Source of the DNA: Roseibacillus sp.
GTDB lineage: Bacteria; Verrucomicrobiota; Verrucomicrobiia; Verrucomicrobiales; Akkermansiaceae
Direction: 5' to 3'
Length of the DNA: 64,000 bases
Assembly: GCA_051251855.1 (NCBI GenBank)
Contig: JBPOGI010000005.1
Location: 192,001-256,000 of the forward strand
Shown in pieces: positions 18,020 to 26,468 of the stretch (within the stretch, counting starts at the first letter, position 1; every line of letters begins with the position of its first letter). Under the pieces are notes generated by a model. It was not told where the DNA came from, searched no databases, and worked only from the letters and a program-made list of their open reading frames with translations. Position numbers and translations under genes: made by a program.

Positions 18020-21000
18020 TTAGTTTTTTTCTTTTTCTTCGACCATGGCTTCGATGGACGGATTGGCTTCGTAGGTGCGGACGAGGTTCTGAACTTCCTT
18101 CCAGAGGTCCTTCTCATCGTCTGGAACACGAGAACCTGAGATAATTTTTTCGGTTGCGCGAATGAATTTGTAGCCAGTCTCATAGGCAAACTGGCGGTCG
18201 GCTGGAGTCTTGTCTGTTGCGGCTTTATTGCGCTCCCAGAGGAGTTCCATGTAGCGATGCAAGGAAGGCGCCGACACTTTGATCAAGCCTCGATAAGAGG
18301 AGTAGACTTGGAAGTAGGTGATGAGCGCGTTTTCGGTTTCGCCTAGATTGTCGTAGGCTTGGGCGAGGACGAAGCTGACAAAGGGAGCGTATTTGTTGTA
18401 GTTGAGCTCAGGAGCAAGCGACTCTTTGGCGCGCTTCTTGGCTTCTTCCCACTTGCCCAATTTTCCGAGGACTTCCACGGCGCGATAGAGGGCTTGCTCT
18501 TGTTGCTGGTTGTCGGTGGAGTTGGTGAAAACGGCGATCAATTGCTCGACGGCCTTGGTGTTCTCGCTTTCGCTATCGGATCGTCCGTAAACGTCGGCGA
18601 GACCGAAGCGAGCGGCGAAGCGATAGGACTGGTCGGTGCGACTTAGGACTTCCTCATAATAAGGGGTGGCCTGCTTGGGAGAAGCGGTCTTTTCGCGAAG
18701 GTAATCACCGACACTGACGAGAATGAAGTTAGAAAGGCTCTTGAGATCGAAGTCTTGCTTCAAGTCATTGAAGAGAACTTTAATCATTGCGTTAGCCTTG
18801 CTGGCGTCGTCGGTAGCTTGGCCTTTGATGGCTTCCTTGGCTTTGTCCTCAAAGACGCCAATAAGCGCGATTCGGAGAAGAGCTTGGGCGGCTTTGTCCT
18901 CATTATTGATACCGGGGAAATCGTAGTAGACCTCCTTAAGTCCTTCTTCGGTATTGCCAGGGGTGGCGAGGAAGAACTTCGTGTAGGAGTTAATGGCTTC
19001 TTCGAGACCATATGCTCCGGGCATTTTCGCGAGTTGTGCGATGACGCCTTGGAGACGATCGAGGCCTTCTTCCGAACGCTCGGCAGCAATCAAGGCAGGC
19101 ATTCCAGCAACGGCCACTTGTGCCTTGTAAGGTGAGCTGTCTCCGTATTCGGCCCAGAATTTGTCGTAGAACGGGATGGCTTCGCTGAGGGCACCGCCTT
19201 TTTCTTCGCCAAGAAGTCCGACGAGGTAGAAGAGAGATTCGCCGGAGACGATGTCGTTCTGCTTGCGCTCTGCGAGAGTGAGGGCGCGGTTATAGTATTC
19301 TTTGGCTTCCTCCTTCTTGCCTTCGGTTTGGAAGATGTTGCCTTTTAAGTTGAAGACCATCTCGCGGTTGCTGGCATCGGGGAATTCGTTCTCAATACGA
19401 TTCAAATTGTCGAGCGCTTGAGGATATTCTTCTTGGGCGAAGTGGCAATTTGCGCGGTCGTAAAGGGCGAAGGGTAAGTAGCTGTTTTCCTTGGGGTTGG
19501 GGTAGGCTTTCAAGAACTTATCGAGAAGGTTAGCTGCTTTGTCCCAAACCTGAAGTTGCGCCCAGTTAGAGGCTTCGAAGTATTGGGAGGCCACTTTGAA
19601 TTGGCTTTCGGGATACTCCTTCATGTGGCGTTGGAGGGGCTCGATGGCTTTGTCGAACTGCGCGGTGTAGTAGTAGCTGCCGCCGAGAACGTGCAGGCAG
19701 ATGTCGTGCTGCTTAGAGTTCTTGGGGAGCTTGGGCTCCATCTCGGAGGCGACTTCCAAACAGAGGTCATACTCGCCATCAAAGAAAAGGCCGGTCAGCA
19801 TCAAGCTGCGGACGGATTCTTCGTATTGGCTGCCAGGGAAAAGCTTGAGGAATTTTTGACCTTCTTTTTCTGTTTGTAAAACGCGACCAACGAGAGAAGA
19901 GGTGCGAACGAGTTGATAGAGGTAATTCTCACGCTTGTCTTTGGGAGAGTTACTGTGGAATTGTTCCAGCATTTCGTAGGCTCCATAGGCTCCGCGAATG
20001 TTGCCGTTTTGCTCGTGAATGAAGGCGGTCGCAGCGAGGGCTGTGACCTCGGGAAGTTTGCCCTCTTTTTCGCGAGCTTTGCTCATTTCGAGCTGCTTTT
20101 CTAGGGCTGACTTATTGTAGATAGTGGCTCCATCTGGAATGGGACGCTTGAAGTCACCCAAGCCACGAATAGCCGCTTTGAGGCTGTCTTCTGCTTCGAC
20201 AGAGCTGGGCACGAGCGAATAGAGTTCAAAGGCGATCTGAGTAAGGTTAGCGTTCATGGCGTTGGCAGCCAAAGTCATGAAGACGGGGGAGTAGGGCTGG
20301 GATTCCCACGGTAAGAAGGTAATGTCGGAGCGGTGCTTCTTAAGAAAGTCGAGCATGGCGCCTTCGTCTTTTTTGGCGATGGAAGCTTCGCAGAAGGCTT
20401 GGAATCCAGCCATGATCCCAGCGGGTGGGGTAGGGAAGGTGTTCTTGTTCTTGATGGCGATTTGAAGGTTCTCGGTGCCCCCTGCAATCTTACCGCTCTT
20501 GAAGTGGCAGACTGCCATGTTGATGTAGAAGGCACCCTTGGGAAAGGTGTCGCGTTCTGGATCGCGCTCGGCGAGGAACTTCTTATACTGCTTGATGGCT
20601 TCGTCGTAGCTTTCCATCCCTTGGGCAGCTTCGCCCCATTTTAGGAGAGACTTCTTGTGGTAAGTGTTGACGTTTTCGGCGCCTTGATTGTTGGGATACT
20701 TATCGTAGCAGGCTTGGAAGGATTTGGCGGCGTCCTCGTATTTGTTGAGCTTGAGTTCGCAGAATCCTTGGTGATACCAGAACCAGCCGAACTTGGGGCC
20801 AAAGAGCTTTGGGGCGCGGGCGTCAAAGGTCTTGGTGGCTTGGCGCAAGAGGTTGAGTGCTTCGTTCCACTTGGCGGCTCCTTCGGGCATTCCGAGGCGA
20901 CGCGCTTCGTTCATCGCGGTCAACGAATTGGAGTGCAATTGCTCCACGCCTCCTTGGGCGCGGACGGAAGTTGAGCTCACGAAGAGGAGTAAGAGAGCGA

Positions 21001-21031
21001 TGAGTGCTCCGGGGTGATTCCAGTTTTTCAT
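18020..21031 (-). CDS. large exported tetratricopeptide repeat protein (1003 aa)
   Basis: Signal peptide; many TPR/YfiO-like units ending in YP.S (e.g. FLKLFPGSQY, HMKEYPESQF, FLKAYPNP). Confidence 0.85.
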   Translation of the reverse strand: MKNWNHPGALIALLLLFVSSTSVRAQGGVEQLHSNSLTAMNEARRLGMPEGAAKWNEALNLLRQATKTFDARAPKLFGPKFGWFWYHQGFCELKLNKYEDAAKSFQACYDKYPNNQGAENVNTYHKKSLLKWGEAAQGMESYDEAIKQYKKFLAERDPERDTFPKGAFYINMAVCHFKSGKIAGGTENLQIAIKNKNTFPTPPAGIMAGFQAFCEASIAKKDEGAMLDFLKKHRSDITFLPWESQPYSPVFMTLAANAMNANLTQIAFELYSLVPSSVEAEDSLKAAIRGLGDFKRPIPDGATIYNKSALEKQLEMSKAREKEGKLPEVTALAATAFIHEQNGNIRGAYGAYEMLEQFHSNSPKDKRENYLYQLVRTSSLVGRVLQTEKEGQKFLKLFPGSQYEESVRSLMLTGLFFDGEYDLCLEVASEMEPKLPKNSKQHDICLHVLGGSYYYTAQFDKAIEPLQRHMKEYPESQFKVASQYFEASNWAQLQVWDKAANLLDKFLKAYPNPKENSYLPFALYDRANCHFAQEEYPQALDNLNRIENEFPDASNREMVFNLKGNIFQTEGKKEEAKEYYNRALTLAERKQNDIVSGESLFYLVGLLGEEKGGALSEAIPFYDKFWAEYGDSSPYKAQVAVAGMPALIAAERSEEGLDRLQGVIAQLAKMPGAYGLEEAINSYTKFFLATPGNTEEGLKEVYYDFPGINNEDKAAQALLRIALIGVFEDKAKEAIKGQATDDASKANAMIKVLFNDLKQDFDLKSLSNFILVSVGDYLREKTASPKQATPYYEEVLSRTDQSYRFAARFGLADVYGRSDSESENTKAVEQLIAVFTNSTDNQQQEQALYRAVEVLGKLGKWEEAKKRAKESLAPELNYNKYAPFVSFVLAQAYDNLGETENALITYFQVYSSYRGLIKVSAPSLHRYMELLWERNKAATDKTPADRQFAYETGYKFIRATEKIISGSRVPDDEKDLWKEVQNLVRTYEANPSIEAMVEEKEKN

Positions 21032-21134
21032 TGTGATAAGTTGGCTTGGATTTGGAAAATTTGCAAAAGAGTTCGGGGACGGCCCATTTGCAATGGCCGC
21101 GGGTGAGGGGGACTTTTAGGGGCGCACCTCTGAC

Positions 21135-21599
21135 CTACTCGTTAACGAGGTCGGTGAAGGTCACTTTGGTGATCTGCTTTGACCGCAAGGTGTCGATGAC
21201 ATCGATGGCCCGTTGGTGCTCGGCATCTCCATCCACATAGACTTGAACGAGGGGGTCTTGGCCAGCAGCGCGCGCTCCGTCAGCATAGGTTCCCAATCGC
21301 TCGGCGAGCATGGGAAGCTTGCGGGACTCGGGGTCCTCGTCGAGACGCTCTTGAGCTGGGCCCGAGTTGATGTAGATCACGCCGTCGTTGTCGACACGGA
21401 TAAACATGGGCTTAATTTCGGGAATATCTTCGGAAGGTGCGGCTGCGGGGAGCTGCATGTTGGTATCCGTCTCACTGCGTACAATGGTCGTGGTGACCAA
21501 GAAGTAGATAAGAAGGAGGAAGCAAATGTCGATGAGAGACGAAATATCCAAGACTGGTTCGTCTTCGTCGAGCGGTTTTCCTTTTTTGTGTCTGGCCAT
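21135..21599 (-). CDS. ExbD/TolR family biopolymer transport protein
   Basis: DISSLIDICFLLLIYFLVT transmembrane segment with the conserved Asp. Confidence 0.9.
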   Translation of the reverse strand: MARHKKGKPLDEDEPVLDISSLIDICFLLLIYFLVTTTIVRSETDTNMQLPAAAPSEDIPEIKPMFIRVDNDGVIYINSGPAQERLDEDPESRKLPMLAERLGTYADGARAAGQDPLVQVYVDGDAEHQRAIDVIDTLRSKQITKVTFTDLVNE

Positions 21600-21617
21600 G
21601 GAAAGGGGGAGTGAAAA

Positions 21618-22121
21618 TTAGTAGTTAGGATTCTTAGCGTAGCTGGCGAAGATCACCTGATCGACTCCTGCTTCGGCTGCGATACGGATGATGCGGCGAC
21701 AATGCTTGAATTCGACTCCTCGGTGTCCGCGGAGATGAAGCTGTGGCTTCATGGTGCCTTCCATCTTTTCCTTTTGCTCTTTGATGTATTCCAAGATGGC
21801 AGCGTCATCGTCAGCGAAAGGGGTGAAGTTCTGGTCACCCATACTGAAACGCGCGCCTTCGGGATGCTCCAAAGATTCACCACTCTTACTGACGCCCTCG
21901 CCGTAGACGTTTATCACGATACGACCGGTTTTCTTTTCCTGAGGAGTGGAGTTTCCGGCCACAGGGACTTCGACTCTCTTGTCCATCTTCACGACGACCA
22001 AATTGGCGGTAACAATGAAGAAGATGAGAAGAAGGAAAACCATGTCGATCATGGGCGACATGTCGACCGCGAGGCCTTCGCCCTCGTCGGCATTCATTGC
22101 GCGTAGTTTTTTTGATGCCAT
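21618..22121 (-). CDS. ExbD/TolR family biopolymer transport protein
   Basis: DMSPMIDMVFLLLIFFIVT motif. Confidence 0.9.
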   Translation of the reverse strand: MASKKLRAMNADEGEGLAVDMSPMIDMVFLLLIFFIVTANLVVVKMDKRVEVPVAGNSTPQEKKTGRIVINVYGEGVSKSGESLEHPEGARFSMGDQNFTPFADDDAAILEYIKEQKEKMEGTMKPQLHLRGHRGVEFKHCRRIIRIAAEAGVDQVIFASYAKNPNY

Positions 22122-22190
22122 GGAAGGTTATCTAGGTTCGGAACAATACAAAAATGAAGGAGCGAGCCTGGAGGCGGCTGCTCAAAGGAA

Positions 22191-22973
22191 TTAGACTGCG
22201 ACTCCTTCGGGAATCTTGGTCAAGTATGCGTCTGCATTAACGGTCTGGAGAGAAGCATTGAGCATTTCTTCAGCAGCGTGATGTGCGTCAGCAACAAGTC
22301 CGTTGAGTTTGTTCTTGAAGAAGAAGTAGAAAATGACGGCTGGGATAGCGGTGATAAGACCCCACATGGTGGTGAGAAGGGCGACGGAAATCTGACCGGC
22401 CAACTGGGCGGGCTCAGCTTGTCCCGTTTCGGCAAGAACACCGAAGGCGCTGACCATACCGATGACGGTTCCGAGCAGTCCGAGCATGGGAGCGGCTTGG
22501 GCGACGAGTCCGATATAGTTGACCCAAGTCATATTCTTGCGGTTTTCGTTGATTGAGAAGTCAGCCATAGCGTCCTCCACTTGGTCGCGACCGAGGGTTT
22601 CGGGCTGAGTAGCATCAATGTTAGGAAGAGCATAAGCGGTCATGCGTCCAAGATAGGAGGGATGGGATGCACCAAGCTCGATTGCAGAGCGAACGCGGCA
22701 AGCGGTCATGTGCTCGAGGAGCGCTGCGCGAAGGTCGTCGGGGACGAATTTTGCTTTGGTTAAGTTGATGAAGTTGAAGACGCAGAGCGCGATGAGGGCA
22801 AGGATAGCGATGCCGATGAAGATCATCGTGGGTCCACCATCGAGGATATATTTCTTAAGGGCGTTGCTCTCTGCGGCTAAAAGATTGCCGGAAGAAGCCA
22901 AGAAAAGGATCGTTGAGGTGGTGATGACTCTGGGGAGACGGCTGCTTGTTTTTTCAATCATGACTGTTTTCAA
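22191..22973 (-). CDS. MotA/TolQ/ExbB proton channel family protein
   Basis: APMLGLLGTVIGMVSAF and LAGQISVALLTTMWGLITAIP. Confidence 0.92.
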   Translation of the reverse strand: MKTVMIEKTSSRLPRVITTSTILFLASSGNLLAAESNALKKYILDGGPTMIFIGIAILALIALCVFNFINLTKAKFVPDDLRAALLEHMTACRVRSAIELGASHPSYLGRMTAYALPNIDATQPETLGRDQVEDAMADFSINENRKNMTWVNYIGLVAQAAPMLGLLGTVIGMVSAFGVLAETGQAEPAQLAGQISVALLTTMWGLITAIPAVIFYFFFKNKLNGLVADAHHAAEEMLNASLQTVNADAYLTKIPEGVAV

Positions 22974-23495
22974 ATGTGTGAAGCGGATACTGGAGATGCG
23001 TCATACGGAGTAAAGAAAAGAAGTCGTGAAAATTCATTTTCCCCCGTGACACTCATGCTATCAGAACGAAGAACGTTTTGTTTTCTTTGAAAGAATTTTT
23101 GAAATGAGAATGGGGAAGAGGCAAAACCGGCCTTAGCGAGAGATGATCCGTTAGAGGGAGGATATGTTCATGATACCGAGGAGTGATAGGAGGGGCTTCC
23201 TCGCTGCCTAAAATCAAAAATGTGAGAGAGCGTTTATTTCTATCATTTTGTTTCCTTAGGTGAGGCCTCTTTGGTGAGTGAGAGAATCTAAATTTGAGTT
23301 GTGGAGCGCAACTCGCCTCTAATTTCTCTCTCGATTTTACGCGGTATTGAAGACTTCTCGGTGTTGTCGTTTTGATTTTAAATTCTTCAGAATCTCAGTG
23401 GTTCTCTCGATTTGGGCCGGAGCGTGCTTTTCGAAGCGAAATTCTTCTTAATAGACGAAAGAAGGCTTGTTCTTGATGCGTTTCATCCTTTGTTG

Positions 23496-23512
23496 TTGCA
23501 AACGAGTCTCAA
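23496..23512. promoter_or_regulatory. Fur-box-like inverted repeat upstream of feoA
   Basis: TTGCAAACGAGTCTCAA resembles TTG(A/C)(G/A)AATnATTCTCAA-type Fur boxes; flanked by TTG/TAA extensions; ends 23 nt before the feoA ATG. Confidence 0.55.
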
Positions 23513-23535
23513 TAAGGTCAGAATATCTCCAAGCC

Positions 23536-23790
23536 ATGAAGGTCGCCCCCCACAGCATCGAAATCGATACCACAGTCTCCTTGAATAAGGCGGCTGCAGG
23601 TTGTGATTTACAGGTGGAGCTGGTGGAGGGTGAGCATTGTGGGCAGTTACGTGATTTGGGCTTCTGCGAGCAAATGCGTCTCCGGAAGATCACCAATCGA
23701 GGACGTAACTTGATTTGTACCGTTTGTGGTTCGCGGCTCGCGATTTCGAGTCATTTGGCCGAGCACATTCAAGTGCGTCAAGTTTCCTAA
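23536..23790 (+). CDS. feoA: ferrous iron transport protein A
   Basis: QLRDLGFCE...VCGSRLAISSHLAEHIQV SH3-like FeoA pattern, directly before feoB. Start placed at ATG 23536. Confidence 0.85.
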   Translation: MKVAPHSIEIDTTVSLNKAAAGCDLQVELVEGEHCGQLRDLGFCEQMRLRKITNRGRNLICTVCGSRLAISSHLAEHIQVRQVS

Positions 23791-23803
23791 TCATTAGAAA
23801 ATT

Positions 23804-25840
23804 ATGGACGGAGAAGGGGCACCGAGACTGGTGTTGGTGGGACACCCAAATGTAGGGAAGTCAACTTTGTTTAATGCTCTCACGGGTGCGAAGGCCAAGG
23901 TGGGGAATTATCCTGGGGTGACGGTTTCACATACTATGGGAGAGTTTTTCACCCCCCATGGCAAGAAGGTGGAGCTGGTTGATTTGCCGGGCTGTCTCTC
24001 GTTGGTTTCGCGGGCTGCTGATGAGGCGGTTACTCGCGATGTTCTGATGGGGAAGCACCAGCCAGATTTGGTTGTGGTGGTGCTGGATGCTTCGTCGGTC
24101 GAACGGCATTTGCCTCTGGCGCTGCAGGTGGTGGAACTGGGTTTTCCGACCTTGGTGGTGCTCAATAAAATTGATGTTGCGGAGCAGAATGGGACGCGGA
24201 TCAATCATGAACTGTTGGCCGAAGAATTGGGTCTGCCAGTGATTCCAATGCAGGCTGATGAGGGGAAGGGGATTCTCGATTTGAAGCAGGCTTTGCGATT
24301 GCCCTTGCCGATGCCACCTCATCCCGCTTGGCATGAGGGTGGTGCTGTTGCGAAAGCGCGCGAGGAGCTGGCGGAGCGGTTATCTCAGCTCTCGGTATTG
24401 TCGCCTGAGCGCAAGGCTTGGATGCTTTTGTCGGACTCGAGTTATCGCAGTGGGGAGCAAAGCGGGCTTTCTCAGGAGGCCCGGACTGCGGCATGTGAAG
24501 TGGCGGATGCGTTCCAGAAGGACGGAGAAGGGGTAGAAGAGCTTTTTGAAAATGCCCGGCGAGATCGCGTGCGCGTTTTGTCGAGTTTGGTCGTCAGCGA
24601 GTCTTCTGATGAAGGGTCTTCTCTTTCAGATCGCTTGGATAGAGTGTTGTTGCACCCGGTTCTTGGTTGGGTCTGCTTTCTTGGGATTTTCTTTCTCGTG
24701 TTCTGGTCGCTGTTTAGCTGGTCAGGAATTCCCATGGATCTGATCGATGGGGCATTCGCTTCTCTCGGAGAGGCGGTGAGAGGGCTTCTGCCAGCAGGTA
24801 TTTTCACTGACTTGGTGGTTGATGGAATCATTGCAGGAGTAGGAGGAGTGATTATCTTTTTGCCTCAGATTCTCTTTCTCTTTTTCTTTTTAGGGATTCT
24901 AGAGTCGACGGGTTATATGGCGCGGGCGGCCTACCTGATGGATGGCTTGATGAGTAAGGTCGGTCTCAGTGGGCGAAGCTTTTTGCCTCTGCTCAGTGGA
25001 TATGCTTGTGCGATTCCTGGCGTGATGGCAGCTCGTTCCGTTCCGAGTGCGAAAGAGCGATTGTTGACGATATTGATCCTGCCTTGGATGTCGTGCAGCG
25101 CGCGCTTACCGGTCTATCTTTTGCTGATTCCACTTTTAGTGGCGGGGAGTTTTGCGCAAGGCTTAGTGCTATTTGGGCTTTATTTTCTCGGCACTGCGGC
25201 GGCTTTTCTGGCGGCATTTTTACTGCGAGGTCGGGTAGGGATTGCTAAGGACCATCAGCCGAGTTTCTTGATGGAAATGCCTCGATATAAGGCCCCAGAT
25301 TGGGGATTCATTTTTCGGCATTTGTGGGACCGCGCAGGAGCCTTTTTGAAGAAGGCAGGTACTGTGATTCTGGCTCTTTCCATTCTACTTTGGGCCTTGG
25401 CCACTTTCCCCAAGGCTCCTTCGGGGGAGGAGCAAGACCAGTTTGGCTATTCTGCGATGGGTCAAATCGGTAAGGCCATTGAGCCGGTGGTTAAGCCTTT
25501 GGGCTGGGACCATCGACTAGGAACCGCGATGTTGGCCTCGTTTGCTGCTAGGGAGGTCTTCAATTCGCAGGTCGCGATTTCTTACGCCATTGAGGAAGAG
25601 GATGATGAGGAGGAGACGCGTGAGAGTATCCGTGAAGAATTCCGCAGTGCTTACTCGATAGCCACGGTGCTTTCGCTATTGGTCTTCTATGTTTTTGCGC
25701 TGCAGTGCCTCCCGACGACGGCGGTAGTGGGGCGGGAAACCAAGTCTTGGAAATGGGCGTTGGGACAATTGGTAGGGATGTCTCTATTTGCCTATTTGGC
25801 GGCCCTGATTACCTTCCAAGTGGTGGGTTTGTTCACATGA
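23804..25840 (+). CDS. feoB: ferrous iron transport protein B
   Basis: G1 GHPNVGKS, G2 VGNYPGVTV, G3 DLPG, G4 NKID; membrane part GYMARAA, MSCSARLPVY, LQCLPT. Confidence 0.95.
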   Translation: MDGEGAPRLVLVGHPNVGKSTLFNALTGAKAKVGNYPGVTVSHTMGEFFTPHGKKVELVDLPGCLSLVSRAADEAVTRDVLMGKHQPDLVVVVLDASSVERHLPLALQVVELGFPTLVVLNKIDVAEQNGTRINHELLAEELGLPVIPMQADEGKGILDLKQALRLPLPMPPHPAWHEGGAVAKAREELAERLSQLSVLSPERKAWMLLSDSSYRSGEQSGLSQEARTAACEVADAFQKDGEGVEELFENARRDRVRVLSSLVVSESSDEGSSLSDRLDRVLLHPVLGWVCFLGIFFLVFWSLFSWSGIPMDLIDGAFASLGEAVRGLLPAGIFTDLVVDGIIAGVGGVIIFLPQILFLFFFLGILESTGYMARAAYLMDGLMSKVGLSGRSFLPLLSGYACAIPGVMAARSVPSAKERLLTILILPWMSCSARLPVYLLLIPLLVAGSFAQGLVLFGLYFLGTAAAFLAAFLLRGRVGIAKDHQPSFLMEMPRYKAPDWGFIFRHLWDRAGAFLKKAGTVILALSILLWALATFPKAPSGEEQDQFGYSAMGQIGKAIEPVVKPLGWDHRLGTAMLASFAAREVFNSQVAISYAIEEEDDEEETRESIREEFRSAYSIATVLSLLVFYVFALQCLPTTAVVGRETKSWKWALGQLVGMSLFAYLAALITFQVVGLFT

Positions 25841-25995
25841 TAACTTTGAGTCAGATAGGGTGGTTTGATTGGCAAGGGGCGGCCGTGGTTTTGGCTGTTT
25901 CGGGAGCACTTTGCTATTTGGTTAGTCGAAACCGCCGTAAGAAGGCGAAGTCTTGTGGAAGTAGCTCCTGTAGTTGTGTCAAAAAGAAGGCGTAA
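25837..25995 (+). CDS. small FeoB-associated Cys-rich membrane protein (52 aa)
   Basis: ATGA overlap with the feoB stop. MITLSQIGWFDWQGAAVVLAVSGALCYLVSRNRRKKAKSCGSSSCSCVKKKA has one TM helix and a basic Cys-rich tail. Confidence 0.75.
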   Translation: MITLSQIGWFDWQGAAVVLAVSGALCYLVSRNRRKKAKSCGSSSCSCVKKKA

Positions 25996-26100
25996 TCATC
26001 GCCTTGTAAATACAACTGTTAGACGACAGCATGATGTCTTATGAAGGAGTGAGGCGGAGACGGTTCTTCTGATTAACGATGTAGATGGGAGAGCCGCTGT

Positions 26101-26209
26101 AAAAAAAAGCGGCCGGCAGCGCCCAAGAGCAACTGCCGACCGGCTACGCACACACCAAGTGATTATTGAGGAAGCTGCTAGGGCTTTGAAAAAGCTAAAA
26201 ACCTCCGAG
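26101..26209 (-). ncRNA. candidate small RNA (~110 nt)
   Basis: Minus-strand terminator (GC-rich stem 26108-26145 plus U8) with no minus-strand CDS upstream. Sigma70-like ATGACA(26244-26239)-18nt-TAGATT(26220-26215). No ATG inside. Confidence 0.45.
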
Positions 26210-26468
26210 ATCTGAATCTAATACGGGAAGAGGCACATTGTCATTACAGAAAAAAGGTGAGATGCCTCATTTTTTATGGTTTTCCCGGATGGATGCTGCA
26301 AAAAAGAGCTCTAACGAAGCTGCAGGTGCCCAACTTTGAGCTCACTCTTGTGAATAAGATTCGAGTGCTAAAGGAGCGCACGACATTCGTAAGTGAGAGG
26401 TCGATTCTACTTTCTTTCCGTCTTTCCCATTGCTGAAAGGAGCTTCAAAGGGTAGGCATTGTGAAGTT

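Noticed and set aside
22974..23490. Long AT-rich intergenic region as a riboswitch or hidden gene
   Set aside because: No recognisable aptamer motif, terminator or credible ORF; consistent with divergent promoters.
26348..26365. TTGTGAA half-site as a Rex operator
   Set aside because: The second half does not match TTCACAA.
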